Below are positions 36,551 through 53,342 of a stretch of DNA of 53,342 nucleotides, piece by piece (positions within the stretch are counted from its first letter, which is position 1; each line of letters opens with the position of its first letter). The translations under genes were made by a program, and so were the position numbers. Origin of the DNA: Prorocentrum cordatum. Taxonomy: Eukaryota. The notes beneath the pieces were generated by a model. The model did not search any database and was not told the DNA's origin. It saw only the letters and a list, made by a program, of their open reading frames with translations. The stretch covers positions 62,001 through 115,342 of the forward strand of contig CAUYUJ010000324.1 of NCBI GenBank assembly GCA_963575745.1, in the 5' to 3' direction.

Positions 36551-37800
36551 CACGGCGGCGGTCACCCCCCTGTTGAACCGAGCCATCTGCCAGTTCGGAG
36601 CCCTTCCCGGGATCTTGCGCGCGTCCAGGATGGTCTGGAACCGCCTCGCCAGCACCTCGAAACCTGCCAGCGCAGGCGCGTTCAACTGGTCGAGCGTGGA
36701 GGCGTAAAACATGATGTCCACGAGGCAGGTCAGCTCGTGCACCACCCTGTCGTTCACGTCTACCTGCTCCGTCCGCGCCCACAGCTGCAGCCACAGACGC
36801 GGGTCCTCCAAGGGCCAGTGCTGGCCGGGGGCGCGGTAGCTCTCCTGGACGGCCTTGCGATGCGACTTGTATCTCTCGCCCTGATCGTCGTAGTCTATCC
36901 ACAACGTGCGTGCGTCCTCGGCCGCGGGAGGCGGTGTCGCCGTGCCGCCGGCGACGTCCGCGCCGTCGGGGCCGGTCGGCGGCTCCAGCGGCGGCGGCAC
37001 CGGAACGCCCGCTCCAGCCGGCTGCAACTGGGCGACCAGCTCCTCGCGGCGGGCGCGCCTGGCCTCGTCCACCTCCGTCACCGGCACGAGCTCAGCACGA
37101 CGGCCCTGGCCACGGCAGATGACCATCGCGTCGTAGTCCGAGAGTCTGTAATCCTTGGGTGCCGACCGTCGCCTCGTCGCCAGGCCCGCCGGCCCGGCCG
37201 CCCTCCATGAGCAGCCAGGCGTAGCCCCTCGGAGTGTCCTGCGGGCCGCGCTGGGGTACTCCTCGACCAGCTGACCGTCAGGCGCCGCCGCCACCCCCGC
37301 TGCGTCAGCCGCCGCGGCTCCAGCAGCCGCATCGGCTGGGGGTCCGTCATCCGCCGCGGCCGCCGCCGCCGCCGCCGCGCCACGGCGCAGCGGCAGGCGC
37401 GGAGGCAAGAAGCGGCCGCCGAACATGGTGTCCAGGGGCACCACCTCCCGATCTGGCATCACCACGTCTGTGACCTCGATCGGCGGGTCGCCCGCCGCGG
37501 CTCCGTCCTCAAGGGCCAGGCGCCGCCCCTCGCGGATGTAGCCATTCAGGTCGTCCAGGGGCAGGGCGCCCGGGAATCTGTAAAATGACGTGTCGAGCGG
37601 TGGCAGCCGCCCGCCTGGGCAGAAGTCGAGGACCCGCGTCACCCCATTGGCACCCTCGCTGCCATCCAGCACCTCGGCTTACATGTCGAGGTCGGGGGTC
37701 AGGATGACTCACTTGTCGCGCGTCTGTGGCCACAGCGCGATCCTCTCGTGGTACACGACGTCCGCGTCGCACCACGCCAAGAACCGCTTACCAGGGAGGA
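36551..37800 (-). pseudogene. gag-like ORF1 of the YR retrotransposon (two premature stops near the 5' end)
   Basis: KRFLAWCDADVVYHERIALW...*VILTPDLDM*AEVL, then ORF 36389-37672 with EDARTLWIDYDDQGERYK and DQLNAPALAGFEVLARRFQ; lies upstream of RNase H. Confidence 0.65.
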
Positions 37801-38258
37801 GGCGCCTCAAGCACGCCTCCCCCGCGTCGGGCCCAACGAGCGCCACGGTTCACACGACCCCGTCCGACAACTCTGACTGCCACACTCCACGTCGCGGCGA
37901 ACGCCGTCTGGACTACCCAGCTGGCGACCCCGATGGCGGCGACCTCCTCCCAGCCTAGCTCCACGGCCAGGCACTCTGGGCACGGCGCCGCCTCCGGGCA
38001 CCTGGGGCAGACGCACGGCGCGACGTCTGGGCACGGCGCCGCCTCCGGGCAGCTGTACTCGCAGCCGGGCGGGTCTGGGCCCGGCGGGCCCGGCGGGCAA
38101 GGCTGCCTCCACGAGCACAGCGAGAGCACAATCGCAGTGATGGGGCCGCTCCAGAACGCAGGAAAGCCCTGGGGCTGCATGCAGCTCAAGGCCGCAGGTC
38201 GCAGAGACAGCTTTCGAGCCAAAAAGAGCAGCGACCGAGAGCTGACTGGCAAGACCAA
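37788..38258 (-). CDS. Small 5' ORF of the YR element: Cys/Pro-rich repeats between hydrophobic segments
   Basis: PITAIVLSLCSW, 2x CPEAAPCP, VAAIGVASWVVQTAFAATWSVAV, basic tail; open frame overlapping the gag start. True start is uncertain. Confidence 0.5.
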   Translation of the reverse strand: MVLPVSSRSLLFLARKLSLRPAALSCMQPQGFPAFWSGPITAIVLSLCSWRQPCPPGPPGPDPPGCEYSCPEAAPCPDVAPCVCPRCPEAAPCPECLAVELGWEEVAAIGVASWVVQTAFAATWSVAVRVVGRGRVNRGARWARRGGGVLEAPPPW

Positions 38259-38406
38259 CCAATCCCAGACAGTGCAAGCACGACGGAGCGAGGACCCCCA
38301 GGGAGCGAAACGCGATTATCAAGGCGCTCACGCACCGAAGGAAGGGGGGTCCACCAGAGCAACAACAAAGGCGCTCCTAGCATCATTCATGCGCCCGCAC
38401 TCCCAT
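38216..38406 (-). repeat. Split direct repeat A1 (5' terminus of YR element)
   Basis: Matches 7001-7191. Confidence 0.93.
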
Positions 38407-38759
38407 CATAATCGCCATCATCATCGCCATCAGCATCATCATCACCCCAATATCGCCCCCATCTCCATGCTCACGCCGTCCTGCAACAAAATGAATGCAA
38501 GGGCCCGCTGGCCACGCGCAAGCCTTGAGGAGCGCCTGGCCCTCCCGCTGCAGCCGCTGGGGTGCCTGCCCGAAACAAAGCGGCCGCGGGAGAGGGGGGA
38601 GGGGGGCGGCGCTGCCAGCTGAGGCCGCTGCGAGCTGACAGGCGGGTGGAACATTGGCGGCGTGCATGTCCAGGGGGAGGAGGAAGAGGCCGAGCGATAG
38701 AGAGAAAGAGGGGAGGAGGGAGAGAGAGGGAGGCGGATATACACAAACAGACAAGACTG

Positions 38760-38809
38760 ATCTATAGAGACAGAGACAGAGACAGAGACGACGACAGCGA
38801 CACACACAA

Positions 38810-38841
<32 letters not shown>

Positions 38842-39285
38842 ACGCACACGCATACGCAAACACACGCACACACGCCCACGCCCACGCCCACGCCCACGCC
38901 CACGCACAAGCACAAGCACACACACACACTGACACTCATACTCACACGCGCACACACTCACACACGAAAGCACACATACACAACACACAACACACAACAC
39001 ACACAGCATACACACACACACACACACACACACGCGCGCACGCGCACGCGCACGCGCACGCGCACGCGCACGCGCACGCACACGCAAGCGTACACGCGCA
39101 CACGCAAACGCACACGCACGTGCACACGCACGCACGCTTACGCGCCCACCCCCCCACTCACACTCACACGCAAATATTTCAAGTCAGCGGCGCAAAGGGT
39201 CCTCAAGCGCGGGCAGCAGATGGAAATGACACTTGCGATCGAACGCGCACACACACACACACACACGCACACACACACACACACA
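38760..39285. repeat. Compound (GAGACA)n/(CA)n/(CACGCG)n microsatellite
   Basis: Direct reading. Confidence 0.92.
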
Positions 39286-41049
39286 CCTCCTCGTGGCGGC
39301 TCATCGGAAACGCGTCTTGCACATCCCTGCCTCGTGACTCCCCAGAGTGTGGGGGGTAGGCTGTGTTGGGACTGTGCCCTTCCCCTCTCCCTCGCTCCCT
39401 TTTCCTCCTCTCCGTCCTCTCCTCCCCCCTCCGTTCCTCGTCCTCCCCTGGGGTTCACAATTCTCGCCGCGGTTCACTCCCCCGCCAGGGTTGTCTCTCG
39501 GAGGTGTGTTTATTTCGTTTGCGGGGATGGGAACAATGGGCGCGGCTAGCCCATACGCCATTCGAAGTGCCCCCTTCTGAACTGCATTGAAAAGGTATGG
39601 TCGCTGCTGCTGTGTTTGTGTCCTCTTGACTATGCTCGGGTCGGCCATCCTATGTGCCAAAAAGATTGCTTGGGGGCGGGAATGCATAACCTTCCCGGGA
39701 TCATCACGCCGCGGAAGCGGTTGGGGCTTCGGCACTCTCCTCCGTGGGGGTTTCGGCTCCGGCCGGGGCCTCGGTGCCACCAGCGGATCCTGGGGTGCAA
39801 ACCAGCGACTCGTTTGCCCAACGCGCGTCGGTTTTTGAACCGCATGTGGCGTGTGCTGTAGCGAGCGTTTCCATCGAATGGGACGCACAAAAACATACTA
39901 ATACTATATGTCCTCCTTGGAGGCGCGCGTACGACCTGAACATACAGTATACCCATCTTGTAGTATATCGTTTCCCGAGCGGTGTGGCCAGAAAGCGCCC
40001 GCCACGACGCATATACTATAAGATTTCTCGGTGCGCGCGTCGCCCCTGGGGCGGCGACGCACATATAGTATAAGTATGTTGGGGTGATGCCGATCGAAGG
40101 CCCCACGTTTTCCCTCGGGTAAAACTCGGTGTGCGTGTGTGTATGTGTGTGTCTACACGGATGCGTGCTCCTCAAAAGGAGCTGGCGTAAACAGGCGTCA
40201 TAATATGTTTGCGATTCACCCTGCGACGCCAAAGTTGTTTCTGGGTGTCATTGTCGTGTGCTCGGGTGGCATCAGAGGGGTCGGTTTGTCTAAATGCACC
40301 AAGTAGGCGCCTTGCGCCACCGCTGGTGCGGCCACCTTTTTGGCGTCACTTTGTAACGATCTCGGGTATTAAGGTGGTGGTGTAGGGTGATGCCGCACGT
40401 GACTGGTGAGTTCGTGGAGGGGGAAGCCTTTTTTTCGCATGCGCGTTTATCATTGGGGGGAAGGTTTGTTTTTGCCGTTGTCTTTGATGTCTTCCCTCTC
40501 TTAGTAGATGCGCTTCAATTGGTCGTGTGTATCGAAGTGGCTGTTTTGATCGAGCCGGCGGCGATCCTCGGAAGGTCGTCCGCGGGAGCGGCTGGCGGTT
40601 CTATAGTTCCACCGAGCAGGCCAGTCTCCTGGTGGGACAGGTCAAAACCGCCCCCACGCCCTTGCAGCTAGGGTTGTCTCTTGGTTGTGCGTTTACTTGT
40701 GGAGGTGGTGTGGTGTGTGGGTGCGTGGGGGCCTGATTATGGTTCCCCTCCCTTTCACTGCCCCGCAACCATACGTGTTTATTTTTGATGTGTGCCAGCG
40801 TGCCAAATACGGTTTATTCTTGACCCCTGCGCATAAATGACACGCACACACAATGAACTGTGCAGTTCGGTTGTGGTGGTGGTAGGACTGAGATGAAAAC
40901 TCGGGGCTCGGGCTGTTGTGACTGCTACGTGTATGTCGAGGTTGTGTTTCGCGTCCTTCTGGACCCCAAGCCGCACGCGGGTGTTCCCTGAAGACCCGGC
41001 CGTCGCTCATGGCGCACACTCCTGAGGCGGAGGCGGAGGCGGAGGCGAG

Positions 41050-41139
41050 CACGCACACACACACATGCACACACGCGCACACACAACACACAACGCACAC
41101 ACACACACAACCGCACGCACTCCCGCGCCCGCGCCCGCG

Positions 41140-41200
<61 letters not shown>

Positions 41201-41299
41201 ACGCACACGCACACGCACACGCAGTCGCACACGCACCCGCACCCGCACCCGCACCCGCACCCGCACCCGCACCCGCACCTACACCCACGCCCACACCCA

Positions 41300-41300
<1 letters not shown>
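41050..41300. repeat. Compound (CA)n/(GCACAC)n/(GCACCC)n microsatellite
   Basis: Direct reading. Confidence 0.92.

Positions 41301-53342
<12,042 letters not shown>

Larger units (their letters stand above)
6781..38406 (-). mobile_element. PAT/Ngaro-like (DIRS order) tyrosine-recombinase retrotransposon with split direct repeats, degenerate; ~5.6 kb once the nested 26-kb transposon is removed
   Basis: Minus-strand order A1(38406-38216), ORF0, gag-like, RT C-terminal remnant/RNase H, YR, C5-MTase, B1(7344-7192), A2(7191-7001), B2(6934-6781). CAT at both termini and at the A2/B1 junction. Confidence 0.88.

Noticed and set aside
38383..39359. Cys-Val / His-Thr repeat ORFs
   Set aside because: Products of (CA)n-type microsatellites.
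40590..40670. Minus-strand AVLTCPTRRLA resembling a helicase motif Ia (Helitron/PIF1)
   Set aside because: No Walker A/B nearby and the frame is closed by stops; too short to support.

Overview
This is repeat-rich eukaryotic DNA. The GC/GA-type splice donors and the methyltransferase-bearing tyrosine-recombinase (YR) retrotransposon suggest a dinoflagellate (inference). The core is a nested structure. (1) A degenerate ~5.6-kb PAT/Ngaro-type YR retrotransposon (minus strand, 6781-38406) has split direct repeats A1...B1-A2-B2 and carries a small membrane ORF, gag-like, RNase H, YR and a C5-methyltransferase. It sits at a CAT inside a (CAT)n microsatellite. (2) Its YR ORF is interrupted by a 26,013-bp DNA transposon (9159-35171) with 48-bp imperfect TIRs (CCC...GGG) and a TA duplication; removing it restores the frame (...AMPDL|ASDDF...). 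This giant element encodes a spliced EnSpm/CACTA/Plavaka-like DDE transposase, its own C5 DNA methyltransferase and several unknown multi-exon genes, all on the minus strand. Its non-coding DNA carries a strand-biased CpG-containing 10-mer (TAWCTYACGN) that is essentially absent outside it and is densest at its midpoint. Three short Tc1/mariner-like MITEs lie inside it. Positions 41.3-53.3 kb are a hierarchical satellite (~4.9-kb higher-order unit of GC-rich modules plus (TAC)n). Most long ORFs in the track are microsatellite artefacts.
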